A stretch of DNA of 64,000 nucleotides from an uncultured Candidatus Rokubacteria bacterium (GTDB lineage Bacteria > Methylomirabilota > Methylomirabilia > Rokubacteriales > CSP1-6), in contig CAVWFS010000015.1 of NCBI GenBank assembly GCA_963754315.1, positions 86,207 through 150,206 of the forward strand, written 5' to 3'. Shown one piece after another: positions 47,199 through 57,330 of this stretch (position 1 is its first letter; every line of letters begins with the position of its first letter). The notes beneath the pieces were generated by a model. That model searched no databases and had not been told where the DNA came from. It saw only the letters and a list, made by a program, of their open reading frames with translations. The position numbers and the translations under genes were made by a program.

Positions 47199-48591
47199 CT
47201 AGTCCGGGAGCGGTCGGCCGCGTGTCTCCGGTCCGGCGAATGGCGTGACGATGAGCCCGATGAGATAGACGGCGCTCATCATGACGGCGGCGCGCGCGAT
47301 ACCCCCCAGGGACTCCGCGAGCCATCCGGCGACGAGAGGACCGAGGGCGGCCACGTAGCGCGCGCTATTGAATACCACGGCCGTGCCGGTACCACGCACC
47401 GCGGTGGGATAGACCTCGGGCGGATACATGACCAGCCATGCGAACTGGCCGGTGGTGAAGAACCCGTTTACCGCGACCGCGAAGAGGAAGAGAGGGAGGC
47501 TCTTCTGCACCAGGAAGGGAGCACCGGCGGCGACCAGCGAGCCGGCAAAGAAGAAAGCGAAGGATCGCTTGCGGCCCCAAGCATCGGCCATGCTCCCCAG
47601 GCAGAGATACCCCGCGATCCCTCCTGCGCTCCATAGCAGCCCCGCCCGGGCCCCCCAGCCATCCGGCCCCAGCCCAGCTCGGGTGGCCACCTGGGTCGCG
47701 TACTGTGGAATCCACGTGGACACCGCCCAGTAGCCGACGATGGTGGAGAGCGCCATCATCAGGAGCAAGAGCGTTCGCCTCCTGAGCTCGTGGCTGGCGA
47801 AGAGGTCCACCACCGTGAAGCGCGTCAGGCGGCGCTCCTCCTCGCTCAGGCGACGCCCCTCCAGCGCCGCCCGACGGGCAGCTTGCCGTCGGCGATCGGC
47901 GGCGATCCACACCGCGGGATCGGCAACACCCCGACGCATCCACAGCAAGAGGAGCGCGGGGAGCACTCCGATCACGAACAGGTATCGCCAGGACCCATGC
48001 CCCAGGGGTTCGATCAGGAACCAGAGGCCAGCGGCGAGCAAGGTTCCGATGCCGAAGGCCGAGGCAAGGACCCCCGCTGCTCTGCCCCGCCGCGCCGGGG
48101 GCCACAGCTCGCCGACCAGGGCGGCCCCTGGACAGAATTCTCCTCCCAGCCCCAAACCGGTCAAAAAGCGGAAACCGAGCAACATCCAGTAGGTCTGTGC
48201 CAGCGCGCTCATCCCTGTGAACACCGCATAGCAGAGAACCGACAGCATGAGCATGCGGCGCCGCCCCAGATAGTCGGCGAGCACCCCACCCACGAGCCCT
48301 CCGGTGGCCCATCCGACGAGCGTTACCCCGATGAGGCCTCCGAAGTAGAGTGGACTCTGGGCACGCTTGGTCGGGCGGCAGGAGGTCGCCGATGGCCACC
48401 GCTCCGACCAGGATCAGGGCGTATGTCTCGTATCCGTCAAATAGCCAGCCGAATGCGGCAGCCAGCAGCGCACGCCACGCGGCCGGATCGAGCGGGCGAG
48501 AAGCCTTCCGGTCGAAGGCAGGCGCCGGCGAGCCCTCGGCTGCCTTCGTGGCGGTCATCGTGCCCCGATTGTAGACTGTCACTATGGCCAA
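47199..48591 (-). CDS. MFS transporter, split by a frameshift near 48345-48380
   Basis: The N-terminal part is in ORF 47365..48591 (...AAFGWLFDGYETYALILVGAVAIGDLLPP). The C-terminal part is in 47199..48293, whose frame upstream also reads ...QSPLYFGGLIGVTLVGWATGGLVGGVLADYLGRRRM (MFS motif A). Confidence 0.65.
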
Positions 48592-48901
48592 GCGAGGTAA
48601 GGTTATTCCCTTTCCCGGATCCCGGCCCGTGCTGCCGGAGCCTGGTGTCGAGCGCGAGCTGGCAGAAGTCCACCGGTGCCATCATGCAGAGGCAATCGTC
48701 GTGCGGAGCCTGTTCGAGAGCGAGGGGATCCCGACCTTGTTACGCTCTCGGCTCCTCGCGTCGGTTCACCCTTTCAACGTCGGCGATCAGGGAGAGGTGG
48801 TGGTGCTCGTCCCCACGCGCGAGGTCGCCCATTGCCGCGTGCTCCTCGAGATGGGGATCATTCGCTGGCCCGACTTCGCCCCTAGCCCATCTCGGCGATA
48901 A
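48584..48901 (+). CDS. DUF2007-like small protein (putative signal-transducing protein fold)
   Basis: ...AEAIVVRSLFESEGIPTLLRSRLLASVHPFNVGDQGEVVVLVPTREVAHCRVLLE matches the DUF2007 pattern. Confidence 0.5.
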   Translation: MAKRGKVIPFPGSRPVLPEPGVERELAEVHRCHHAEAIVVRSLFESEGIPTLLRSRLLASVHPFNVGDQGEVVVLVPTREVAHCRVLLEMGIIRWPDFAPSPSRR

Positions 48902-49808
48902 CCGCCTCGATCGCGCCGAGGACGAGGGCCAGGGCTGCCGGCTCGACGGTGACGGTCAGGTCACGCGGCGTATGGTACGTGTCGAACGGTGGCGGTCGTC
49001 GCACCACGTGCATGAGCGCGCTCCTTGCGGGGCTCAGCACGAACTGACGCAGAGCCTCTGCCTGGGCCACCGGCACCACGCTGAGCCCGTAGGCAGGAAC
49101 ACCGACCGCTGCGAAGGCCCGATGATCGCTGCCGAAGACGGGGATCCGGCCCACCTGGTGATAACTCTCGTCCGGCCTCAGCCCCGAGCCCTCGAATGCG
49201 GCGCGTATCCGGCCCAGGAACGGGGTCTCGGCACCGGCGTCCCAGATGGCGACGCTGTCACCGATGCCGCAGAGCTCCAGACTCAGCACCCCCACGATAT
49301 CGTCCAGGGAGACGTCGTGGACGTAGGCGCGAGCCCCGAGATAGCCGAGCTCCTCGGCCGCCGTGAAAAGCAGACGCACGCGCAGCCGAGACGTCACCAC
49401 CTGCGGTAGCCGCTCCAGCAACGTGAGCAGGATGGCCACGGCCGCCGCGTTGTCGTTGGCACCGGGACTACCCGGAACCGCATCGTGATGGGCGATGAGC
49501 ACGAGGGTCCGCGGGCCAGTCCCGACGTCGACGACAAAATTCTCACCCTGCCCCTCGAAGGTCGCAAAGCGGTGGCGGGTCAGCTCGACCCCGCGCGCGG
49601 TCAACCAGCGCGCCACCGCTGCTTCTCTCGCTTCGTTCGATCGCCCCTCGAGGAGGGCCAGGAGAGCCAATGGCGAGCGCGCGGTCCGGATCACGTCATC
49701 AACCGGAGGTGGGATGATGCCGTGCGGCCGCGCACGCCCGTTGATGAGATGGCTCAGCCCGCTGTTGAGCCTCCCGCGCACGTAGAACCCCACCTCTCGA
49801 AGGCCCAC
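48882..49808 (-). CDS. M28 family zinc peptidase
   Basis: ...LVLIAHHDAVPGSPGANDNAAAVAILLTL...LLFTAAEELGYLGA (Zn-binding H/D/E blocks). Confidence 0.7.
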   Translation of the reverse strand: MGLREVGFYVRGRLNSGLSHLINGRARPHGIIPPPVDDVIRTARSPLALLALLEGRSNEAREAAVARWLTARGVELTRHRFATFEGQGENFVVDVGTGPRTLVLIAHHDAVPGSPGANDNAAAVAILLTLLERLPQVVTSRLRVRLLFTAAEELGYLGARAYVHDVSLDDIVGVLSLELCGIGDSVAIWDAGAETPFLGRIRAAFEGSGLRPDESYHQVGRIPVFGSDHRAFAAVGVPAYGLSVVPVAQAEALRQFVLSPARSALMHVVRRPPPFDTYHTPRDLTVTVEPAALALVLGAIEAVIAEMG

Positions 49809-49817
49809 GATGCCCTC

Positions 49818-50597
49818 CTATCGCAGGCGAAACAGGGTACGAGCAGTCTCGGTCGTGCGCACGGCCAGTTGCTCCAGCGTCTCGCCGCGCAGCTCGGCCA
49901 CGCGGACCGCGGTCAGGGTCAGATACGCCGGCTCGTTGCGTGTCCCGCGGTGACCCTCCGGCGGCAGAAAGGGACAGTCCGTTTCGACCACGAGACGGTC
50001 GGCGGGCACGAAGCGCGCGACCTCGGGAAGCGCGCGAGCGTTCCGATAGGTCACGGGGCCCGCCAGCGAGATGAGAAGACCGAGATCCAGACACTGACGA
50101 GCGACGGCCACGTCCCCCGAGAAGCAATGCATGATGCCGCCCAGGTCGCTCACGCGTGCCTCAGCGAGGATGGACAGCGTCTGCGCATGCGCGTCGCGGC
50201 AGTGCACGAGCACGGGCTTGTCGACCCGATGCGCCAGCTCGAGCTGACGCCGAAAAACAACCTCCTGGACATCGCGAGGTGAGAGGTTGCGGAAGAAGTC
50301 GAGCCCGACTTCGCCCACGGCAACCACACTGGGGTCCGCCGCGAGATGCTCGAGTTCCGTGAAATCCTTCTCGGTGGCGGCGGCCGCGTCGTGCGGGTGG
50401 ACACCAACCGAAGCCCACACGCCTGGCTCGAGGGCCGCGAGAGCGACGGCCGCCTGCGAGCTGGCCATGTCGGTGCCCACCGTGACCAACCCGGTCACGC
50501 CCGCCGCTCGGGCGCGAGCAAGAACGGCCGCGCGGTCCTCCGCATAGTCGGCAAAGTGGAGGTGGGCGTGGGTGTCGAAGAGCACCGGTATGGTCAC
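49818..50597 (-). CDS. tatD: TatD family metal-dependent deoxyribonuclease/hydrolase
   Basis: (M)TIPVLFDTHAHLHFADY...VAVGEVGLDF...VLVHCRDAH...MHCFSGD...VETDCPFL. GTG start 50597 overlaps the upstream stop (GTGA). Confidence 0.85.
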   Translation of the reverse strand: MTIPVLFDTHAHLHFADYAEDRAAVLARARAAGVTGLVTVGTDMASSQAAVALAALEPGVWASVGVHPHDAAAATEKDFTELEHLAADPSVVAVGEVGLDFFRNLSPRDVQEVVFRRQLELAHRVDKPVLVHCRDAHAQTLSILAEARVSDLGGIMHCFSGDVAVARQCLDLGLLISLAGPVTYRNARALPEVARFVPADRLVVETDCPFLPPEGHRGTRNEPAYLTLTAVRVAELRGETLEQLAVRTTETARTLFRLR

Positions 50598-51925
50598 TGG
50601 AGAATTTCCTCGAGAACACGCCCCTCCACCGCGGGGGCCGCAATACCCAGAAGGCGCGCGGCGGTAGGAGCGATATCGACCAGACGGATCCGGTCGAGGA
50701 CGGTGCCCGCCCGTACCCCGAATCCGGCGGCGATGAAGCCGGTCGCCATGCTGGGACGGAAGGGCAGAAAGCCGTGCGAGCCGCGCGAGATGGCGGACGC
50801 CTCCCTCTTGGCGCCAGACCGCGAGCACGAGCCCGACAAGTCGAAACCGGGCGCCGCCTCGATAGCGAAGGCCGCGCCGGGCATGGCGCCCATCGAGTCG
50901 AGCTCCTCACGGCTGACGATCGTCAGCCGGCCCGTGGCGGCGCCCCTGAGCGCGGCTTCGGCCTGGCGGGCCGTCGTCGTATCCCCGGCCGGAGCGACGA
51001 ACACGGCCGCCGCACCTCCCGCGATGTGCACGGTCGCGCGCCACCCATCCCCGGCGCGCGGGCAGTCTCGCAGGCCAGCGGCGGCCAGGATCTGGTTGGG
51101 AAAGAGCGTGCGCTCGACGTCCTGGAAGCCGTGGTCGCCGGTGATGACGATGGTCGTGCGCGTGGCGACTCCCGCCTCCTCAAGCGCGCGGCGCAGTGTT
51201 CCGATGTGAGTGTCCACTCGGGCCAGAGCCGGCTTCACCCCCGCCCCGGCGCGCCCGCCCCGATGCTGGAAGTGGTCGAGCTGGACCAGGTGAAGCATGA
51301 GCAAATGGGGGCGCGCGTCACGAATGATGGCGGCGCTGACGGCGGTGAGAAACGCATCCCACTCGATCGCGTCACGGAAGATGTCCGGGCGAGGAACGAG
51401 ACCCAGTCGTTCCAGCAAACCGGGCGTGACCGCCGCCCCCATCACATCGAGGGGATCGGGCCGAACATGGTAGTCGCGCTCGGGCAGAAGCCAGTCGATG
51501 CGCGCTCCGAGGGTCGAGGGCCATGACACGCCGGCGGTTCGCAGTCCTGCCGCCCGCGCCCATTCCCAGAGGGGCGACGCGCGCAGGTCGGAGGCCTCCT
51601 CGTACCATCGGCCGCGGGCGCCGAGGGGATCGAATCGCACATTGAAGAGGATCCCGTGGCGGGCCGGGCGGACACCGGTGACGATCGATGCGTGGGCCGG
51701 ATAGGTGACCGTCGGAAAGACCCCTTCGGCCGCCCGCGCGGCGCTGCCCGCACGCACAAGGGCGCGTAGCTCGGGAGCCGCGAAGGCATCGTCGAGATAG
51801 AACTCGGGACGGAGTCCGTCCAGGGAGATCAGCACGAGGTAGCGCTCCCCGACTTCGTGGGCACCGGCCCCGGTGTCGAGCCCGAGGAGCAGCAGGGCCA
51901 CGAGGATCGCCCGCCCGCACCTCAC
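50594..51925 (-). CDS. secreted nucleotide pyrophosphatase/phosphodiesterase (alkaline-phosphatase superfamily, NPP type)
   Basis: Signal peptide, then YLVLISLDGLRPEF...TVTYPAHASIVTG...ITGDHGF (metal-ligand blocks of the type I phosphodiesterase family). Confidence 0.75.
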   Translation of the reverse strand: MRCGRAILVALLLLGLDTGAGAHEVGERYLVLISLDGLRPEFYLDDAFAAPELRALVRAGSAARAAEGVFPTVTYPAHASIVTGVRPARHGILFNVRFDPLGARGRWYEEASDLRASPLWEWARAAGLRTAGVSWPSTLGARIDWLLPERDYHVRPDPLDVMGAAVTPGLLERLGLVPRPDIFRDAIEWDAFLTAVSAAIIRDARPHLLMLHLVQLDHFQHRGGRAGAGVKPALARVDTHIGTLRRALEEAGVATRTTIVITGDHGFQDVERTLFPNQILAAAGLRDCPRAGDGWRATVHIAGGAAAVFVAPAGDTTTARQAEAALRGAATGRLTIVSREELDSMGAMPGAAFAIEAAPGFDLSGSCSRSGAKREASAISRGSHGFLPFRPSMATGFIAAGFGVRAGTVLDRIRLVDIAPTAARLLGIAAPAVEGRVLEEILQ

Positions 51926-52353
51926 GGGCTGACCTGGAATGACAGCCGTCCGATGAGCTGTCCCGAGCCGGTCATCACGTCACTGACCAGCGACCAACCG
52001 GATCAGGGGGAAACCCCGTCTTGCGCGAGTACGTGCGGAATCCGCCGGCGCGCCCGCCGCGTACCGCCGACAGCCGCACGACCGTGATCGCACGGCCGTT
52101 CAGTCGCCACACGTGCTCGATGGGTTGACCCAGGCCGGCCGGCGCATAAATCGCAGTGTACGCGACGAGGCTTCCCCACCTCGAAAAGCCCTCGGAACTG
52201 GGCCAGCATCGCGGCCAGAAGCCATATCAGATATCCGCAGGACGATCCATGCCAGGGTTGGAAGGCCGCGGCGGAAGACGATCAGGGTGAGCAGCCCCGC
52301 GAACAGCGAGGCAAGCGAGATCCCCCAGCGACGAAGGAGGCAGCCGGGATGCG

Positions 52354-52599
52354 TCAGGGGGACGGGCCGAGCCGGGCCGCCAGTCGGTGGGCGAGATCGT
52401 CTCCGCGAAGGGCCTCGAGACATTGGAGGACGTCTGCCGAGGCGCGGCGTCCCAGGTGTATTCCGACCAGATCAAGGGCCGCGCGGCGCGCCGCATCATC
52501 CAGGGCACAGATCTCACGGAGCACCTTGGCGATCGACTCGTCCCGCGCCGCGACCTGGAGAATGAGATCGACGTCGATCGTCACCTCACGAAGCTCCAC
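52354..52599 (-). CDS. hypothetical 81-aa helical protein immediately downstream of metG
   Basis: The ORF starts 4 nt after the metG stop. Composition is plausible but no family is recognised. Confidence 0.3.
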   Translation of the reverse strand: MELREVTIDVDLILQVAARDESIAKVLREICALDDAARRAALDLVGIHLGRRASADVLQCLEALRGDDLAHRLAARLGPSP

Positions 52600-52603
52600 G
52601 TTG

Positions 52604-54529
52604 CTATCGTACCTTGGACCCCGGGGGAAGCTCGCGATCGAGCGTCACCAGGGCCAGGCCCCCCGTGCCGGAACCGGCCAGCACCATCCCGTTCGACTCG
52701 ATCCCCATGATGGTCGTGGGTTGAAGATTCGCCACCACCACCACCCGTCGGCCCACCAGATCGCCCGGCGCGTAGTGCTCGGCGATCCCAGCGAGCACGG
52801 TGCGTGGCTCGCCGCCAAGGGAAACGGTGAGCTTGAGCAGCCGCTTCGATTTCGGCACCGCTTCCGCTGCGAGGATCTCGGCCACGCGAAGATCCAGCCG
52901 CGCAAACTCGTCAATGGTCACGGGGGCCGGCTTCTCCGCGTCGGTCTCGGCTGACGGCTCCCTCTTCGCCGATTCCTGGCCCGCCCGGGAGCCGACACCC
53001 TCGGGAGGATGCGTTCGCGGGAAGAGCCCTGTCAGCTTGCTCACCCGCGTGCCGGCAGTGATTCCGCCCCACGCGAGGTCGGCCAGGCTGAGCTTGCCGG
53101 TCTGGCCGAGAGCCGTCCGGATCTTCTCGGCCGCCACCGGCAGGAAGGGATCGAGCACAATCCCGAGGCAGCGCAACGATTCGGCCAAGGTGTACAGCAC
53201 CGTATCGAGACGCGGCCGCTGGGCCGGGGTCTTGGCCAGGGTCCAGGGGCGTTCGGTGTCGACGTAACGGTTCAGGCCCCCGACCCACTCCCAGATAGCA
53301 GCCAGGGCGCGGTGGAAGGCGAAGCCGTCCATGGCGTTCTCGACGTCGACCAGCGCCCTGGTCAACCCGCCGCGCACCTCCGCGTCGGCGGCCGTCTCGG
53401 CGTTCGGGGTGGGCACGGAGCCTCCGGCGAAATTGACGATGAGGGTCGTCGCGCGAGACACGAGGTTACCGAGATCGTTGGCGAGGTCGGCGTTGAGGCG
53501 TCCGAGGAATGCTTCTTCCGAGAAATCGGCGTCCAGCCCGAACACCATCTCACGTAACAGGAAGTACCGGAACGCGTCGTGACCGTACTTGTCGGTGAGC
53601 GCCAGCGCCTCCACGACGTTGCCGATGGACTTGGACATCTTGCCGCCGCCGAGACCCCAGTAGCCGTGGACGTTCAAGTGCCGATACACGGGCAGCCCGG
53701 CCGCCTTCAGCATGCAAGGCCAGTAGACGCCGTGCGGCTTCAGGATGTCCTTGCCGATCGCGTGCTGCACGTGAGGCCAGAACGTCGCATAGCTGTCGCC
53801 GCCGATCTCGCCGAGGGCGGAGACGTAGTTGATGAGGGCATCGAACCAGACGTAGGTCACGAAGCGGTCGTCGAAGGGAAGCGGAATCCCCCACTGCAAG
53901 CGGCTGCGCGGGCGGCTGATGGAGAGATCTTGCAGCGGCTCGCGGAGGAAGCCGAGGATCTCGTTACGATAGCGCTCGGGTCGAATCAGGTCCGGATTCG
54001 ACTCGATGTACCCGACCAGCCAGTCCTGGTAGGTCGACATCCGGAAGAAGTAGTTCTCCTCTTCGATATAGGTGAGCGGCCGCTGGTGGTCGGGGCACTT
54101 GCCGTCGACGATTTCCTTCTCCGTGTAGAAGCGCTCGCAGCCGAGGCAGTATTGGCCTCCGTACTTGCCGAAGTAGATCTCACCGGCGTCCCACAGCTGC
54201 TGCAGGATCTGCTGGACGATCCGTGCGTGGCGGGGCTCGGTGGTGCGGATGAAGTCGTCGTTGCTGATGCCCAGCCGTCGCCACGTCTCGCGGAAGGCGG
54301 CCGAGATCTCGTCCGTATAGGCCTGGGGTGATACGCCGGCCCGGGCGGCCGCCTGGGCGATGTTGTCGCCGTGCTCGTCGGTGCCGGTGAGGAACCACAC
54401 CCGATCCCCGCGAAGCCGACGGTAGCGGGCCATCGTGTCGGCGACGATCGTGGTGTAGGCATGACCCAGATGGGGCCGGGCGTTGACGTAATAGATGGGG
54501 GTAGTGAGATAAAAGACCGACTCGCTCAC
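52604..54529 (-). CDS. metG: methionine--tRNA ligase with C-terminal tRNA-binding (EMAP-like) domain
   Basis: (M)SESVFYLTTPIYYVNARPHLGHAYTT (HIGH), KMSKS at GGGKMSKSIGN, C-terminal ...LDLRVAEILAAEAVPKSKRLLKLTVSLGGEPRTVLAGI. GTG 54529 with ggagcgg RBS; its first two bases overlap the yaaT stop (GTGA). Confidence 0.9.
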   Translation of the reverse strand: MSESVFYLTTPIYYVNARPHLGHAYTTIVADTMARYRRLRGDRVWFLTGTDEHGDNIAQAAARAGVSPQAYTDEISAAFRETWRRLGISNDDFIRTTEPRHARIVQQILQQLWDAGEIYFGKYGGQYCLGCERFYTEKEIVDGKCPDHQRPLTYIEEENYFFRMSTYQDWLVGYIESNPDLIRPERYRNEILGFLREPLQDLSISRPRSRLQWGIPLPFDDRFVTYVWFDALINYVSALGEIGGDSYATFWPHVQHAIGKDILKPHGVYWPCMLKAAGLPVYRHLNVHGYWGLGGGKMSKSIGNVVEALALTDKYGHDAFRYFLLREMVFGLDADFSEEAFLGRLNADLANDLGNLVSRATTLIVNFAGGSVPTPNAETAADAEVRGGLTRALVDVENAMDGFAFHRALAAIWEWVGGLNRYVDTERPWTLAKTPAQRPRLDTVLYTLAESLRCLGIVLDPFLPVAAEKIRTALGQTGKLSLADLAWGGITAGTRVSKLTGLFPRTHPPEGVGSRAGQESAKREPSAETDAEKPAPVTIDEFARLDLRVAEILAAEAVPKSKRLLKLTVSLGGEPRTVLAGIAEHYAPGDLVGRRVVVVANLQPTTIMGIESNGMVLAGSGTGGLALVTLDRELPPGSKVR

Positions 54530-55398
54530 GCACCGCTCCGCGGGGCGGGGCGATCCAGGGTGATCTTGATGTGCGCGCGCCCCTCCCAGGTCAGCTCCGA
54601 TAGCGGCACCTCGGCCTCCGTGCCGTCGGGGAAACCGACGACGACTACTTCCTTCAGGACGCGCAGCGACCGCACCTTGCCCGTCATGCAGCCTCCTCCA
54701 CCGCAGTCGGCCTGACAGGGCGTGTTCACCTTGGGCAGACGCCCGCGTAGCTCCTCGTAGGTGGAGAACTCGTAGAGCAAGCAGCACTTCAGTCGTCCGC
54801 AGTTACCGAGGAGCCGGCTGTCCGTCAGCGGCACATCCTGGATCTTGGCCATCTTGACGGCCACGGGCTCGAACTTCCTGAGGTGCGACGAGCAGCAGAG
54901 CTGGCGACCGCAGGGACCGATACCGTCCATGACCTTGGTGGTATCCCGGGCGCCGATCTGCCGCATTTCGATGCGGGCATGAAACTCGCGGGCGAGGTCG
55001 CGCACCAACTCGCGAAAGTCTACCCGCTCCTCCGCGTTGAAATACACCAGCACGCGCCGGGCACGCGGAATGATCTCCACGTCGACGACCTTCATGGCCA
55101 GGCCGCGCTCGCGGGCCAGCCGTTGGACCGTGTCGACGGCGTCACGCTCGCGCGTGGCGTGCGCGCGGTGCTCGCCGACCTCGCTCTCGGTGGCCACCCG
55201 CAGCACGCGACGGTACAGGTGATCGCGCTTGGCCTCCGGGAGCGGCCGCCGGGGGCGCCGAACCTCGCCGATGGCGGGCTCGCCCTCCGTTTCCACGAGA
55301 CAGAGGTCACCCACGTGCAGGTCGAGATGTTCCCCGAGCCGATAGTCGTTCGCGTTCTGACCCGTGCGAAGGCGAATCCCGATCAGGAATTCATCCAT
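54526..55398 (-). CDS. yaaT: PSP1 C-terminal domain protein (YaaT/RicT-like)
   Basis: ...MDGIGPCGRQLCCSSHLRKFEPVAVKMAKIQDVPLTDSRLLGNCGRLKCCLLYE... (PSP1 Cys-rich core). It sits downstream of holB as in many genomes. Confidence 0.8.
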   Translation of the reverse strand: MDEFLIGIRLRTGQNANDYRLGEHLDLHVGDLCLVETEGEPAIGEVRRPRRPLPEAKRDHLYRRVLRVATESEVGEHRAHATRERDAVDTVQRLARERGLAMKVVDVEIIPRARRVLVYFNAEERVDFRELVRDLAREFHARIEMRQIGARDTTKVMDGIGPCGRQLCCSSHLRKFEPVAVKMAKIQDVPLTDSRLLGNCGRLKCCLLYEFSTYEELRGRLPKVNTPCQADCGGGGCMTGKVRSLRVLKEVVVVGFPDGTEAEVPLSELTWEGRAHIKITLDRPAPRSGA

Positions 55399-55410
55399 GC
55401 CTCCGACCCT

Positions 55411-56292
55411 TCATGCCGCCCGTGCGGCGAGGCGGCTCAGCAGAACTTCCACGGTGAGCCGCGGCGATACGTTCGTTTCCAGGGCAGCCCGGGCTACCCG
55501 GCAGTTCGCCATCTCCTCCAGCAGGTCTCGCATCGTCCATCGTTCGGCCTCGCGCGCAAGGTCCACGATCATACTGGCATGGGCAAGCAGGGCGGGTGGC
55601 GCGCCGCTCTGGACAACGAGCAGGTCCCGGCACCAGAACCAGTAGGCATCGATGAGGACGACGGCCTTGTCGCGGTCGACGGTCGGAAGGCGTCTGATGA
55701 GGGCGTCGACCCCCTTCGCTCTGACCTCTGCCACCAGGGTGAGCGCTCCCGCCCGGGCCTCCGCTGCGGCGGGATCAGCGTGGGGCGCGCAGCGCACGAT
55801 CTGACAGCGCGAGAGCACCGTGGCCGGCAGCGCCCGCACCGTGGAAACGCCCAGGATCAGGATGGTGCCGGGGGACGGTTCCTCCAGCGTCTTGAGGAAG
55901 GCCTGGGGGGTATCGGCCGTCATGCGGTCGGCGTCCTCCACGATGAAGACCTTATGCCGTCCCATAGCGGGTCGCAGAGCGGCTCGGCGCTCCAGCTCAC
56001 GAATGGCGTCGATCCGGATGGCCCGGGGGCCGCGCGGGTTCCGCTCGGGAGGGGTCGGCACGATCAGGTGGAGGTCGGGATGCTGGCGTTTAGCCACGAG
56101 CGCACACGCGCGGCATTGGCCGCAGCCCCCGACGGCCGAGGCGCGCTCGCAGAGGAGCGCCTCCGCGAAGACCGCCGCCAGCGCGCTCCGGCCGGACTCC
56201 GCTGACCCCACCAGAGCGTAGGCGTGGGCGACTCGCCCGCTGGCCAGGGCGCGGCCGAAGAGGGCGATAGCTCTGGGTTGACCCTCGACCAC
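55411..56292 (-). CDS. holB: DNA polymerase III delta-prime subunit
   Basis: ...AHAYALVGSAESGRSALAAVFAEALLCE...GGCGQCRACALVAKRQHPDL...HKVFIVEDADRMT...SRCQIVRC. Start is taken at GTG about 56292, just after the tmk stop. Confidence 0.8.
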   Translation of the reverse strand: MVEGQPRAIALFGRALASGRVAHAYALVGSAESGRSALAAVFAEALLCERASAVGGCGQCRACALVAKRQHPDLHLIVPTPPERNPRGPRAIRIDAIRELERRAALRPAMGRHKVFIVEDADRMTADTPQAFLKTLEEPSPGTILILGVSTVRALPATVLSRCQIVRCAPHADPAAAEARAGALTLVAEVRAKGVDALIRRLPTVDRDKAVVLIDAYWFWCRDLLVVQSGAPPALLAHASMIVDLAREAERWTMRDLLEEMANCRVARAALETNVSPRLTVEVLLSRLAARAA

Positions 56293-56293
56293 G

Positions 56294-56917
56294 CTATAGG
56301 GCACGCAGATAGGCCTCCACCGTCCTCGCCACGTCTGCGGCAACCTGGTCCGGTGGCCGAACGGCGCGGATCAAGCGGACACGCTTGGGTTCCGCGCGCA
56401 GGATTTCAAGGTAGCCCCGACGCACGCGGCGGTGAAAGGCGACCGCCTGCCGCTCGAAGTGATCGAGTCGCCGTCCGCGGATACGCCGCAGTCCCTCGAG
56501 TGGGGGAAGGTCAAAGATCAAGGTCAGGTCTGGCAACATTCCGCCAGTGGCCCTCACGTTGAGGTCCCGGATCAGATCACGATCGATCCCGCGTCCATAG
56601 CCTTGATAGGCGACGGTGGCGTCGGTGTAACGGTCGCAGAGAACGATCCGCCCTCCCTGGATCCAGGGCCCGATTTTCTCGGCCACGTGCTGCCGCCGTG
56701 CCGCCATGAAAAGGAACACTTCGCTGAGCGGCTGCGGCCGGGTGGCGGCGCGCTCGAAAAGGTGCCGAATGGCCACACCCAAAGGGGTGCCATCCGGCTC
56801 GGCCGTCCGCTCCACCTGGTAACCCTGCTGCTTGAGCCGCCGGGCGAGACGGATCATTTGAGTCGTTTTCCCCGACCCCTCGACCCCCTCGAACGTGATG
56901 AGCGCTCCGCGCACCAC
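56294..56917 (-). CDS. tmk: thymidylate kinase
   Basis: MVRGALITFEGVEGSGKTTQ (P-loop), ...DRYTDATVAYQGYGRG..., 207 aa. Confidence 0.9.
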   Translation of the reverse strand: MVRGALITFEGVEGSGKTTQMIRLARRLKQQGYQVERTAEPDGTPLGVAIRHLFERAATRPQPLSEVFLFMAARRQHVAEKIGPWIQGGRIVLCDRYTDATVAYQGYGRGIDRDLIRDLNVRATGGMLPDLTLIFDLPPLEGLRRIRGRRLDHFERQAVAFHRRVRRGYLEILRAEPKRVRLIRAVRPPDQVAADVARTVEAYLRAL

Positions 56918-56957
56918 TCAACCTCCCAGCACCAGTAAGCCACTCTAGCACGCCCCC

Positions 56958-57330
56958 TACAAGGGGGCCCTTTCGGGCCCCGCCCTCACGCATTCCCGAG
57001 GCGCGCCACGCTCCCCCGGGGCGTGCCGAGCCGCCTTGGGGGGCCAGGGGCCCTTTCGAGGCCCCGCCCTCGCGCATTCCCGAGGCGCGCCACGGGTCCC
57101 CCGGGGCGTGCCGAGCCACCCTGGGGGGCCAGGGGGCCCTTTCGGGGCCCCGCCCTCGCGCATTCCCGAGGCGCGCCACGCGTCCCCCGGGGCGTGCCGA
57201 GCCGCCTGGGGGGCCAGGGGGGCCCTGTTCGGGGCCCCGCCCGCCGCGCATTCCCGAGGCGCGCCACGGGTCCCCCGGGGCGTGCCGAGCCGCCTTGGGG
57301 GGCCAGGGGGGCCCTTTCGAGGCCCCCCTC
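56958..57330. repeat. GC-rich tandem repeat, about 85-bp unit x about 4.5 copies, same family as 29055 and 35297 but in inverted orientation
   Basis: The unit GCGCATTCCCGAGGCGCGCCACGGGTCCCCCGGGGCGTGCCGAGCCGCCTTGGGGGGCCAGGGGGCCCTTTCGAGGCCCCGCCCTC is close to the reverse complement of the 29055 unit. Copies are nearly identical and directly abutting, with no spacers. It ends at the acuC-like stop and lies about 40 nt upstream of the tmk start. All track ORFs inside (56577..57566) are repeat artefacts. Confidence 0.8.
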
